A stretch of DNA of 64,000 bases from Paraspadella gotoi (lineage: Eukaryota > Animalia > Chaetognatha): positions 4,465,910 through 4,529,909 of the forward strand of contig CM119271.1 in assembly GCA_051294375.1 (NCBI GenBank). Reading direction: 5' to 3'. Below are positions 48,361-61,509 of the stretch, one piece after another; positions within the stretch are counted from its first letter, which is position 1; each line of letters begins with the position of its first letter. Made by a program: the position numbers and the translations under genes. A model generated the notes under the pieces. The model was given only the letters and a program-made list of their open reading frames with translations. It was not told the origin of the DNA and made no database searches.

Positions 48361-51300
48361 TTTCAAACTAAATATTGATTTCAAATCGGGTGTGGAATGA
48401 ATATTTGTTGATTTATCTCTACTGATATTGGTATTGTTTTGATCAATTTTTAGTTAGAAAATTCCCTGACGTTTTATGTTTTATAATTATAAATACTTTA
48501 TCATAAGTTTGGTGGCTTGCTTTCCAGAAGCTTTTTTTTGCAGAATTTTCCGCCTTATTTGATTAATTATTTATCTTTTGTGGAAAAAAATTGAAAATAT
48601 TTATAGATTCTTTATTATTCATTAGTTGTTCATGTTTGGGACATGAAAAAAAATCTATTCTATAAATTAAGGTTTAGTGGGTAAAGGCGCGCATTGGCAG
48701 ATCAAACTGTTTTTCCCATTTTTTTTTCTAATAAGTTTTACTAAGAGAAATTAAAAATGGAAAACTGGGGGCTGTCTGTATGGTTGTGAAAATGGTTTTT
48801 GAATTCTGATTGGTCGAAAACATCGCTCGCAAAGTATTTTTGTATAGATTTTATGACCAAATTTTTCAAAAATGTTATTTTTTGGGTAGTGGAAATGATT
48901 TTAGACTTGGAAGGACCTTTCAATGCCGATAATTTGTTTTTTTTGAAAATCGACAAGCCTCATTAGAGCATAGACTAGAAGGTAAGGCATATGTTTGGAC
49001 CTATGGGTCTTATGGAAAATAAAAACGTCAGCAATTTTTGATTACGCAGGGTTCAAGAATCTGGAGATGCTATAACAAATACTTTAGCCTCAGTTGATCT
49101 ATTCTATCTTTCACTGCCATTTAAAATCGCGGTAAATAATCTCTTAAGTTGTCAAAAAATTTCCGGGCTCAATTTTAATTATTTAACTTTTAAGTCTAAA
49201 ATTTCGAGTTAGTCATTGCCATATGGTCAATGTAGGGAGGATGATGAAGTTTGCGATTGAAATTTTTTTTAGTGCTATGGCATGTAATTACGAATTTTAT
49301 CTCTTTTAAAAATATTTTGCATATACGTATAACCATAGAGTAGGTCTGGGGTTGGGCATAAATCAGTAGCGGTGGTTTATGAGCTGATAGCTTTATCTCG
49401 CAATGAACGACGGGTCACGACTAGAGGTTCATGCTTATAGGCGGGGTGACAAAGGCAGTTGCCGAAACATTAGCAAGTGAAGAAATAGTAATTATTGTTA
49501 TATGTTAGTAACAGAACGTTCATATAAAGCAGAACCTGGAGTTCGGAGGCAGGCTGTCAATTGTAACGGGCGGGTTAAGAGCGGCCCGTCCCTTTAATGC
49601 TGGGTAGACGACCGCGGGGCGGAGAACCCGGACTTTTGGGTGGGGAGGCGAATGACTTGCCTTCCGGACCAAATTTTGGCATGATGACGGTTGGTGGATT
49701 TTAAGTCCACCATACAAAATATAATCAATTTTTTCTATTCTGGGTTCGGAGAACAATAAGAACAAAATATTTTTTGTACTAGTTAATCATTCTTCTCCAT
49801 AAATATCTTGTTTGAGATCATTCAAATAATTTTTTTTGTTCGCCGATTTGCTGCCAACTCTATTGGTCGATATTGATATATGGCCGTCCTCGTTCCAAAG
49901 AGAAAGCGTTGGTTTAACAAAGGCAAGTATTTTTTTAAAAAAAAATCTCTACTGCTGCCTCCTTAAAAACAAATAATTATAGTTATGGTAAAATTATCAA
50001 CTTTCATCTTTTTATTCAACCCTTTATCTAATGTGTGAAACTCGAACTGTTGCACTTAGTTTTCGTCTCGTTATCGAGTTCAAGGTAATCGAGTTTAAAC
50101 CGCGAATATCCAATCTCGTCATCATAAAGGCGTCGAAGCAGGACTGGCTTACGAACTAGTGGAGCGCTTTGGTTTGGGTGTGTGTGTGTTTGAATGTGCT
50201 TGCCGCACTTTCGCTTCGGCCATCTTAACGAAGTTATTTTCAGTATCTTCGCAGCCATTTTTCGCTGGCGTATCGCATTCAGGTAGAGTGTTGCTAATGT
50301 TTGCCAATTGACATTGTCCGCCATGTAAAACTATACGTTTCGATCATTGAATATTTGTAATTTAAATATAAAAAGATAACATAATATTAATAAACCACAC
50401 AATTATTTCAATCAGGTTTTGATTTGAAGTAAGTGAAAGTTTCCCACGCACCTCCGCGCCAAATGTTACCGAGAGGAATTGCAGTAATGGAGAAGCTTTT
50501 TCACTTTTTACCCATCGGTTTCTCTTTCGGCAGAAAGACCAAACCCCTGTCCGCTTTTTCTGCCTGGCGTCTCCTGTGCCAGTCCACGGTCTCCCGGGCG
50601 AAGGTTTTTCCGGCGCTCGAGTTTCCGCCACATTTTAATTCCGTCCGTCGAAGGTCTTTTTCAACCGGGAAGTCGGGACACTCCTCCCTTTTTTTATCGT
50701 CTTGCGGCAATACTGCGCGGAGCAACTACTATAAAGTCCTTTTCGGTAAGGCTCTGTCGGGGGTCCGTTTCGGTCTGTCCCACTCTCGTTTAAATAATGC
50801 TTCATAACTTTCATTTATTGGTTGCTCATTGTTAGAAAGAAAAAACATCAATCTAAAGGAACTGCTAAGCCGCGGGCTTAGACTCTAAATTATATAAGAA
50901 TAAAGATAATATTCATTTGTTATTTCGATATCGTCATGGATCATATTCATGAGAAATATATGTGATAAGTGCTGCACGGTGCGGCGAAACACTTTGAATT
51001 AAAAACCGTGTCTTTTATTTATTTATAGTTTAGCCTCCCCCGATTTGATCGTGTGGACTGGTTCTGGGTTCACATTTATCGTAAGTCCATTTGCGTTTCT
51101 GGAAAGGCTATCCTTGGAATTGAAATCGCTTGCAATTTTTTTTTTAACAAGAAAATTACAGATGCTTTCCTCCCAGAATTTTTAATCCTTGTTTCCCCTA
51201 CCTAGTGCTCTTGTTCATTCATAAATCTCTCTTGACGATCTCATATGGAGCGGTTCAGTTCTGGGATGCAGGCATAGAGCTGACTAATCCGCAGCATAAG

Positions 51301-52384
51301 CACAAGCACTTCTGCATTGTATTGTCCTGATTGGTTGAGTTGATCATCAAACGTCATAATTTGAACATGCGTTCCTCATTTCTCTTCCTTTTTCCCTTTA
51401 TCACAGTCTCATTTTCTTAAAAAGTTTCCAAACCCTCTTTCCCACCCCATTTTTAACACATACTTTTTTCCCATGGTCATTTTTAGCGGACCCCCCATAA
51501 TTCTAAACCAGAATGCGCCAATTACCAATCCAGATCACCCTGCATCATTTCTGCTTAACTTCCCCACCTTAACTCCCCTGCCCTCAGAGCCTCTCGCCCT
51601 TCCTCCTACTTTTTCCCCTCCCTCCACACCCGCCCCATTCTCAACCGCTTTCCCACTCCCGTTACCCTCTTCCCTCCCGCCCAACTGCATGGGACTGGGG
51701 CGGGATCCTACGCCGGTCGGGTGGATGGAGGGATTTGAATCGCGCCAAGGTTCCGCCCAGCAACGGGACTTTGCACGTCGCGCTCGACGCCTCGAGCCGA
51801 TTCGACGTAGTCGGCCGTCGTTCGTCGGTCGCCGTGTCGGTCGCCGGTGCGCAAGTGTCGTCGTTTGCGGTCCGTCTTCGTCCGTTCCAGTCGTCTCCCC
51901 ATCTCGAGGAGCGAATCTTAGCTTTCAATTCTCTCTTCTTTTTCTATTCTCAATTCCTTTTTAATTTTCTATTCCTTTTTCTACTCTCTATTCCTTTTCC
52001 ATTCTCAATTCCTTTTCTTTTCTTTATTCTATTCCCTTGTTTCCACCCTTTCTCCTCTTCTCAACTTCTCTTCCCTTCCCCTCTTTTTTTTTCTTTTCTT
52101 TCCGTCTCATTTTCTTGACTCTTTCTCCGATGAGGCTCTAGTCATTGACTCGCATAACGACGACTCGTTTCAAGCAGTAAATCAAGCTTTCCTTCCGCTT
52201 CGGAATCAAGCTTTTTTTTCCTTCGGGGAGCAAAAAGTCAAGCTTTTCTGTTCCGAGTGGGAAATCAAGCTCTTTTTTTTCCCGAGCCCAAGATTAGTTT
52301 TTTTTCTTACATTCATCAAAGGTTTCTTCTTAAAGCAGGCTGTACAATGTTTTTTCTGCTGCTACAATATGTATATTTTCTAAG

Positions 52385-53696
52385 CGTTAAAAAAAATTAT
52401 CTATGGAAAAAAATATTTTTCCGGATGATTGGATAAGATTAAGAAATTGCAAGCTTGTTTTCTTGTTAATCTTTCTCAAACTGGAAAGCAAGAAATCCAA
52501 TTGTCTAGACTTTCTTTTCAATTTCTCCTTCCAATACAAGGATTTTTTTTTAAAAAAGCGTTAATCGGATAATCAGTGACACAACTTTTTTTTAATACAA
52601 AGGACCGTAATCAATCTTGCTTTTTAAAACCAAAAGCAAGCGGAACGCATCGAGGAAGCTATCTTCTTTCATGGCCTCTTTATCTCCTTACATCTTCAGC
52701 ACTCCGTGACGCCTCTCTTTAGCTCGTCCTTAGCGGTCTCATTGAGCCTCTGTTCTTACCTCTTGTTAGCCTCCTGTACCCGTCTATTAGGCCTTCCTTA
52801 CTGCTCTCTTAGGCCTCCCTTGTACTCCTCGTCTTGAGCCTCCTCCCTTGCCGCTTCGTTTAGCCCATTCCGCGTTTAGCCTCCCTTACCCTCTCTTAGC
52901 CTCCCTTACCCTCTCTTAGCCTCACCCACTCTTCCACGCGCGGTTTGCCTTCTTAAAAACCGTCATCTCTTCGACCACAGACTTCCATCTCACAGCAGAT
53001 GTCATCTCGAGTTTATTTACGTTCGATCGCTCAGGTTGAAGAAGCTTCAGGTGGAAAGGGAGCAGGAGATGGCAACAGAAGCTATAGATGTTTTTTTTTT
53101 TAAATTTAAAAAAGATTTTTCGGGAAATGAATGAACTTCGAATCAATAAAGATTTTTGTAGCGAATTTTTAAAAGTGAATTTATGAATTGTAATCAGGTA
53201 TTAATTAAGCTTTAAAATAGCTCGTGATTAATTTTATTTTCTCTGATTACGCATGATATTCGTTTTCACTATTCTAAGCATCACTAATCTTGGTTTTCGC
53301 AGATTTTGTGGTAAAAAAAAACTACAAACTTGTAAATCAACTGCGGAACAAAAAAAATAAAAGAAAACTTCCAGAGCTCAAAATCGATTCTTCAGAAGCA
53401 AAGTTTGTTTGTTCGCGACAAACTTTGCTTTTTTTTGATTTTTTTGTGCTTTTTTTGGTTTTAATTTTTTGGTTTTAATTCGAATTTCTTTTTTAATTAG
53501 TTTTATAGATGCAAAAGATATTATAATACCGTATTCTGTATTTATATATTTTATATGATTTTTTTCCTCTGATATTTCTAATTCCTTTTAGTTCTTTTCC
53601 TTCCTTTCCTTTTTTCCTCCTTTTTTTCTTTTCTTTTCTTTTCTTTTCTTTTTTCTTTTCTAAAAAGCCCACTCTTTCTTCTCCCACTCCTTGTCT
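52385..53696 (-). other. Inverted duplicate of 58580-60045
   Basis: For example AAGTTTGTTTGTTCGCGACAAACTTTGC at ~53400 versus its reverse complement at ~58845-58875, and TTAATACAAAGGACC at ~52590 versus ~59800. Confidence 0.85.
52700..52925. repeat. 20-bp minisatellite (CCTCCCTTACCCTCTCTTAG)n; inverted copy at ~59440-59730, related tract at ~60635-60730
   Basis: Clean units at 52880-52920, degraded units upstream. Confidence 0.7.
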
Positions 53697-54890
53697 ACTC
53701 GTCCTCAACATTAACAAGATTAGATATAACTGGAGAGAGAGAAGACAGAGAAGAGAGAGAGAGAGCAGAGAGAGAGACGAGAAGACGAGAGAGAGAGAGG
53801 AAGACAGATAGAGTAGAGGAAGAGAGAAAGAGAGAGAGAGAGAGAGACGAGTTAAGAGAGAGGAAAGGAGAGAGGAGAGGGTGAGGACAAGACAGCGAAT
53901 AACACGTAGAGCGAGAATGCTGCCTGAGTTTAACCAGAAGGAAATAAAAAATAAGCGACAGAGAGACAAGAAAAGAGTGAGGAGATGAGCAGAGAGAGGG
54001 AGAGAGAGAGAGAGATGACGAGAGCGAAGAGAGAGAGAGAGTAGAGAGAGAAGAGAGAGAAAAGAGTCACCCAGCTTCTTATTAACTCTTCTCTTCACCC
54101 GACGTAAATGCCATGAGACATCAACCTCTCTCGATTCAAATCTCTCTCTTGTACGCGAGTCAAGTCCGGAAAAAAAAGGAAGAGGTGAAAGAGTTCGACT
54201 GTGGCGACGAACAACATCTAACCTGAGACAACGACAACGACGATAACTAGATCGCTCGTCAGAGCTGACTTGTTCGAGAAGCGAAGATTTAAATCTTCAC
54301 TTCGAGAAGAAATCGAAAAATAATTGGTTGTCGGCCATTTTCTTTATTTTAAAACGATATTGGTGCATAATTTCATTTCGACTAATTTTTTAAAAACAAA
54401 TAAATTTGAACATCTCCAATTGTTTCCCGTTCGAAGCCGGCTTCCATTTTGACTGATCAGCGCGTATCTCTCTTCAAACCCTCCTGCCTCTCTCTCGTTC
54501 TCGTGACTCTATCTCCGCCAGTCATCTCCCCTCTCCTGCCCCTTCTCTCTCTCTCTGCTCTCCTCATCGTCATCTGTCTCTCCATCTCTCTCTCTCGCAT
54601 CCCAATTACGCCGCTACCATTAGCATCGTTCGCCCTTCCGCTTCGTGTTTTCTTTCTGCTACCTATGAGGCCAAAAATTCGGTTTTGAACAACGAGGGCT
54701 TTTTCGCCGTATTACCGCTGACATGTTCGTGTCCTCCCTCATTCGGTCCCGCTTCTCTCTCTCTCTCTCATCTCTCTCTTCGTCTCTTCTCTCTCTTCTA
54801 TCACTTCTCCTTCTATCTTCTTCTTCTCTCTCTCTCTCTCTCTCTCCAGATCACGTTGTCGCTTCCTTTTTCTCCTTTAATCTTTCTCAG

Positions 54891-55155
54891 ATGAGGTCGG
54901 ATGTGAAACGCCACGTGTGCTATTGCGTTTCTGCTCGGTTGATGGGTTTCCGACGCAAGCCCGGATGACGATCGACTGTGACCCTGATGACACGATTAAA
55001 CCGGATGTATCCCGTGATTTTTACGGAATGTAACTCCGGATTTAGCCCGGTTCGTGGCGCTGGGAGCGGACCACGATTCGTTTCGAATAGCATCGATTTA
55101 ACCCCGGATATTTGTATCGAATCATGCCAGGTTGTAACCGGATATTTCGTGGCCG
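54891..55155 (+). CDS. Exon encoding the first half of a WSC domain, preceded by a Cys-containing segment; contains a frameshift
   Basis: Strong acceptor tttctcctttaatctttctcAG. Reads (D)EVGCETP...DCDPDDTIKP, then after a frameshift Y...FTECNSGFSPVRGAGSGPRFVSNSIDLTPDICIESCQVVTGYFVA(G)|gt, matching the WSC pattern Y-x-GCF-x-E...LT-x-x-x-C-x-x-x-C...GY-x-x-AG. Confidence 0.65.
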
Positions 55156-56149
55156 GTCGCGACTCCATGTTTCGTTTAGTTGTTTTCTTTTTTCGGTCGT
55201 CCGGTCTGCGATTTTCGTTTAGAGTGTCTTACGTGTCGACGACAAGGAGAGTTGATTTGCGCATGCGATGATATCGGTATTTTGAGGTTTTAGATTGCAT
55301 GGTGAGATTCTTGGAAAGTCCTAAGGTTCTTCTGGCTTATAGAACGCTTTTAATTTGTCACGTCTATCTGTTGTTTTTGTTAATTTATTATAATTTATAA
55401 CAACAAATTTATTACCTTATTTTTTCTTCATATTTCTTATCGAAAACTTTTTCGTGTCTCACTAATTTGTTTCGTCACCAAATGACATATCGGAACGATC
55501 AACAACGACGGGCCGCCGCGACCGTCGTTCCTCTTGAACCAAATGGAAGATCGGCCAAAGGTTAAGGTCGAAGGGGCGCGCGATCCGAAATCAATCACAA
55601 GGGCTTCACTTTTTCGCATATTTGTCTGGAAAACTTCGATTTTACTCGCTTACCGAGCGACTTTTTTTCCCCCTTTTCCTCTCCCTTCCCGGGTTTCCGA
55701 TTTTTCTTTCTTTATTCTTTTTTTTTTTTTCTTTCTGCTTATTTTGATTTCTTTTGTTGTTTATTTGTTTTTTTTAACTCGGTTTTCTATTTGTTTTCTT
55801 TTTTTTTTTTAATTTTTCGATCTATTTCGCATTTTGTGTTTTGCTCTTAATTTATCTCTCTCTTCTCTCTCTCTCTTCTCTCTTCTCTCTCTCTCTCTCT
55901 CCTCTCTCTTCTCTTCTCTCTCTCTCTCATGTTCTCTCTACTCTCACTTCCCCATCCAGCCCCCCCCATTCTTTCCTCAAAACCTTGTTTTTATTTTTCT
56001 GGTCAGTTGATGTTCCTTTTGTGAAACAAAAGTCGGACTTAACAACTGTTGCGCTTCTCTATTTTTTTCACCCACTTTTTTTCACTCCCTTTTCCCTATT
56101 TTTTCTTCTCCTTTTTTTCTCCCTTTATTTGCTCCCTTGTTTGCGCAAG

Positions 56150-56311
56150 GAACTCGGTAGCGTGTTATATTATACTGAGACAGCGCTCACCACACACACC
56201 AATCTACACGACAAACACCAAGAATTCCAAAGCAGAAAAACCTTTGGCGTATTATCGTGTTACGATTTATATGTTTGGCATTGGCTACATTTCGCGCCCT
56301 CAATTGCGTCG
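56150..56311 (+). CDS. Probable rhodopsin-class GPCR exon (TM1 GN motif to TM2), error-rich
   Basis: Long pyrimidine tract plus AG; with one base restored it reads (G)NSVACYIILRQRSPHTPIY. It ends ...LATFRALNCV G|GTTAGT in phase 1, which is completed by the AT starting the 57846 exon to give the TM2 Asp. Confidence 0.45.
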
Positions 56312-56984
56312 GTTAGTATTTTTTTCTTCAAGATTGGATAACTTTAGAGCCTATAGGTCCTGTCAGTTCTTCGTGTCTGTAGCAGGTCCGGTTAAGCTCG
56401 TCTCTTTGTCCTTCCGCAGGTTTTGCTTACTGAAAAAGATTGTGAAGATATTTTGAAAATACAAGGTTTTATATCAACCGTTTGTATGCTCTCCTTCGCC
56501 GTATATACTTAGTTGTAAAATATGTATTACATATTTATATCGTTTAATGTACTTTGTTTGTATTCACTTCGATTGCCAATACACTTTTTCTCATGTTTTT
56601 TTTCTGACCATTTACATTAAATGGTCATTTGCTCGGCACTTTTCACTTCTCGCTCATTCCTCCTAGTTTAGTAACAACTTCTTGCATCGTCTCTCCCCCC
56701 CTCTCTCTCGTCTCACGTGTCTCTCCTCTCCTCTCATTCTCTCTCTCTCTACTCTCTCTCTCTCTCCTCTCTCTCTCTCGTCTCATATTCTCTCGTCGCA
56801 CCACAAGTTGCTCTCTAGCAATCCAATTCAATCACCCTAGTCCAAACCACATCATCATTTCAAAGCCAATAATCTCAGCCATTTAAAGGCGTCTTTCTTT
56901 TTTTACAATTTGCCTACTTTACAATTCGTACCGCTCTCTCCGAAGGGAAGGAAGGCCGAATGTATTTGCTCTTGTAACTTTCAC

Positions 56985-58460
56985 TGACAGCGATAAAAAT
57001 GCAAATGTAGTTAACGTCGAAGCATCTGTTTTCGGGGAAGTTCGAAGAAGCGTAAGCATCTTGCTGTTTGTAATTCGCTGCTCTTGCAGCTATTATATTC
57101 GCGCCTTATTTACATTTGTGCAAAAGCAGAAAAAAAAGCAAATGAGAAAGCATTTAAAAAAATCCTTATTAAACATTATCATTGTTATTTCTATCATGTA
57201 TTTAAGATTGAATCTTATATAAATTAGACTTAATAATAGAGTCAGTCAAAGGTAAATTTAAAAAAATTCATATGCTACTGGCTATCGCTCCTTGAGGGAA
57301 GCTTAATATATCTTTCTAGTTTGTATCCGATGGTTCAAATTTAATTTTATTCTGCTATGACAGATTTTTTTAAAGTTACCCAGTTTGAGTTCGTCTAGGT
57401 GATTCTTCTAAGCCTTAATAAACCATTATTACTAATTAAGCATTCTTATTTATAATTTTTATATTTCTTATCTCTTACAAAAAATCTAGCCAAAGTCACG
57501 ATCCAGAACGGATTTTTTCTAACATTACTCTCATTTTCTTCTTCTATCTCTCTGCTCTCCCTAGCTGACTGCTGAATTCCAGCTATTAGTCCTTCTCTTC
57601 TGTCTTACTCTTCCTTCTCTTCTACTTGTCTTCCTCCCTCTCCCAACCCAGCCGCCATTCCTCAAATCCTGCAACTTTTTTTGTCCATATCACATCCGCA
57701 AACTTCCAAATACTGCCGCGTTGATCTTTGGATGATATATCCTGGTCAGGATATCCCACTTTCACGACCAGCTCTATTTCCACCGACCGTCTGATTAATA
57801 GTGATCGATCACGTGATGGCATCTTCCCCCCACCTCGCCCCACAGATCGTTCAATTTGCCTCGTGACATTCTTTGTTCCTTTTCCTATCAGATCTGCACT
57901 TTCATCGCGATTTACTTCCGCTGACAGTGATGACTCTCTCAGTACAGTCTCGGACATCGGCATTGGCCAACTACGTCTAATCGACTTCACACTTCATTTA
58001 CTATATAGATGCGTCGATATTTTTCACCCTTTTTCTGTTCAAATTACACTGAAGCTTGATTTATTCCTTCTGTGACCCTTATGTTTTACCCGAGTCGCAA
58101 TTCTGTCTACTGTCGGACGAGGAGATTTCTACCTTAAGATTTCCATCAACGTGATACTCTCAAGCTCTCTCTCTCTCTTCCCTTATTCCCGCGCGGCGCC
58201 GACTTTATCCGCCATATTGTAAATTGAAGCGAACTCATGTATCTCTCCATCTTCTCTCTCTCCTCTCCTCTCTCTCTCTTCTCTACTCTCTTCCTCAGTC
58301 TCTCTTCTACTCCTCTCTCCTCTCTCTCTCTTCTGTCCTTCTCTCTCTCTCTCTTCTCTTTCTCTCTCTCTCTCTCTCTCTTCTCCCATGGCAAGAATTA
58401 GCCATGTATCGTTGAAGCGGATTATGTGGTTCGAAGTAATTATTTATAAATAAAAAAAAA
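56985..58460 (-). other. Inverted duplicate of 62605-64000 (probably continues beyond the window)
   Basis: For example AAAAATGCAAATGTAGTTAA at ~56995 versus ~63970-63990, and CTCGGACATCGGCATTGGCCA at ~57950 versus ~63073-63093. Confidence 0.85.
57846..57926 (+). CDS. Probable GPCR TM2-ECL1 exon (noisy copy; 3' end uncertain)
   Basis: Acceptor ccccacAG. The cleaner inverted copy at 63117-63196 reads (D)LFICLVTFFVLFLSTHYGFSAFTCPD, so the spliced product is FRALNCV-D-LFICLV, an L-x-x-x-D TM2-like motif. Confidence 0.4.
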
Positions 58461-60453
58461 GGTTCTCATCTTCTCCCACCTGTCTCTCTCTCTCTCTTTC
58501 TCTCTCTATCGATCTCTTCTCTCTCGTCTCTCTCTCTCTCTGCTTCGTTCTGCTNNNNNNNNNNNNNNNNNNNNNNNNNAGACCAAGGAGTGGAGAGAAG
58601 AAAGAGTGGGCTTTTTAGAAAAGAAAAAAGGAAAAGAAAAGAAAACGAAAGAAAAAAAAGAGAAAAAAGGAAAGGAAGGAAAAAACTAAAAGGAATTAGA
58701 AATATCAGAGGAAAAAATCATATAAAATATATAAATACAGAATACGGTATATATAATATCTTTTGCATCTATAAACTAATTAAAAAGAAATTCGAAATAA
58801 AACCAAAAAATTAAACAAAAAAAGCACAAAAAAGCAAAAAAAAGCAAAGTTTGTCGCGAACAAACAAACTTTGCTTCTGAAGAGAAAATCGAATAATACT
58901 ATAGAGTTTTCTGTTATATCTAATATATATTATAGAATTCCGACAAAGCTAAATGAATAAATTACCAAGATATATAGTATAGAATATTAATATTAAATAT
59001 ATACACACAAAAATCAAGCAGTAAAACGCTAGATAATAGTATGCTCAAAAAAAAATAGAATAGTGAAAGAAAAAATCTGCGTAAATCAGAGAAAGAGAAA
59101 AATATTATCACTGAAGCATTTATGCTATTAATAACATAGATCATACAATACATCTATAATTCACGACTTATAAACGACTACTATCAAAAATATATTACGA
59201 GACTAATACAATACAATATTCACCACGAAAAATCCCTTTTTTAAATTTAAAAAAAAAAAAAACATCTTAGCTTCTGGTTCCAGTCTCCTCCCCTTTCCAC
59301 TGAAGCTCTTCAACCTGAGCTTCGAGAACGTAAATAAACTCGAGAGTGACCTCTGCTGTTAGATGGAAAGTCTGTGGTCGAAGATGATGGACCGTTTTTT
59401 ATAGAGAAGGCAAAACGCGCGTGGAAGAGGGGTGGCTAGGAAGGGAGCTAAAGTAAGAGTAATGCGGGGTACAGGAGAGGCCGTAAGAGAGGGCCTAGAG
59501 GGGTAAGGAGGAAGACTAGGGGTGAGAGGTAGGAGCTCAGAGAGAGGGCAAGGGAGGCTGACAGCCTCTAGAGGGTAAGGGAGGCTATAGAATGCAAGAG
59601 CCTAGAGAGGAGAGGCTAAGCAGAGTAGGCAAAGTGGTAAAGAAGAGGTAAGGGAGGCTAAGGGTAAGGGAGGCTAAGAGAGCGGTTAGGGGAGGCTAAG
59701 AGGGGTAGGATGGCTAGATGGCGTAGGAGTAAGGGATGAAAGAAGCATTGTTTCGATGGTTCCGCTTGCCTTTTGGTTTCTAAAAAGCAAATTGATTACG
59801 GGTCCTTTGTATTAAAAAAAAGTATGGTGTCACTGATTATCCCGATTAACGCTTTTGTTAAAGAAATAAAAAAAAAAATTTCCTTGTATTGGAGGGAGAA
59901 ATTGAAAAGAAGTCGTAGACAATTTGGAATTTCTTGCTTTCCAGTTTGAGAAAGATTTACAGAAAACAAGCTTTGCAATTTTCTATAATCTTTATCGCAA
60001 TTCATCCGAAAAATATTTTTTTCCATAGATAATTTTTTTAACGCCTTATAAAATACATTATGGGCGGATCATTATGCATATATAATTTTCCAAAATAAGT
60101 TGCCTGTCGGTGATTTCCTTTACCTAATGTAGTTATTGATTATCACAATAACTTAATTCCAAAAAATATTCAGGATCCACTGCAGATTTTACAATTTTTT
60201 TAAAAAATCATCATTTTGGCGACTGTGATTGGTGCGGAAATTCGGTCACGTGACCATCGAATTTTAGTTTTGTATTATTACTTTACTAAATTAAAAGTTG
60301 TTTTCTCAGTTAAGCAATATAAATTTATATATTTAAAGCTATACATTAAGATTATGAACAATATCAAGAAAATAAACAAGAAAAAGAAATAAATAAAGGC
60401 CCCAGGACCGGACATACAATCGACTTATCTCTCTTCTCTTATTTTCTCACTCG

Positions 60454-60484
<31 letters not shown>

Positions 60485-61509
60485 CTTCTTTCTCTCTCTC
60501 TCTCTCTCTCCTATCTTAATCTCCAAAGGACTCACAATGCTCGGCAAGAGCCAAATGCTAAGAGTAAGACTCACAAAGCGCAAACGCTCGTACTCCTGAC
60601 GCAACCATACGGCCATGCCTTCCTCTCCGCCTGCACCCCTTACCCTTAATCTCTCCTACCCCTTAACCCCTTATCTCTCTAACGGCCTTACCCCTTATCT
60701 CTCACCCCTTACCCTTATCTCTCTACCTCCCCAGGGGCAAACAAAAAAAAGGCAGTCTACGGCCCCGAAAGGGAAAACGCTGCATTGGACCAGGAGTAAA
60801 GATGACTCGCTCGTCGGAAACAACAATACAAAAAAGCCACCAAGGGGCAGAGAATGGGAGTAATAACGACTTGTTTTTTCCTATTTCATTTCTCTCTATA
60901 GCGTTGTTTCCTTCTACCCTCTCTCCTCCTCTCTCTCTCTCTCTCTCTCCTTCTCTCTCTCTCTCTCCCTCTCTGTACTATCTAGGAAAAAGTAATATGA
61001 CAATTTTAATAAAAGATATTACTCGAAAAACTTATTTAAATTTTTAAAAGAATCAGAATGTTTCCGATCTATAATTAAATTTTTTTTTCAGTAGCTCCTA
61101 TTTAATTTTTTTTTGGGGTAGGTCAAAATCGTTTAGAAGTTACAGGCAAAAAAAAAAAGGGAGAAGATGCGGCAAGCATTAATATCGGGGAATGCGCAGA
61201 TTTTGTTAAAGATGTGGAAAACATTTACTGTCATACCTCAATTTTACCCATGTTTTTTTATATAGCTTTTTTATTGGAATAAACGAAGTTATGTCATATA
61301 CTTTTTTCTAGATTAGTATTTTCACTCGTCTTCTCTCTTTTTCTCCAAACCCTCTGTGTTTTCAGTATCTATCTTTTGCTCTCTTTCCTCTTCTGTTTTT
61401 CTTCTTCTACCTTTCTTCCCTCTCTCTCTCTCGTCGCTCTCTTTCTATATTACCCTCACAACCTCCCCCCTTTTAACTCACCCTCCTCTCCTCCCCCACT
61501 CAAACTCAC

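Noticed and set aside
54984-55090. CTGATGA hammerhead ribozyme core
   Set aside because: No properly placed GAAA or supporting stems, and it lies within the WSC exon.
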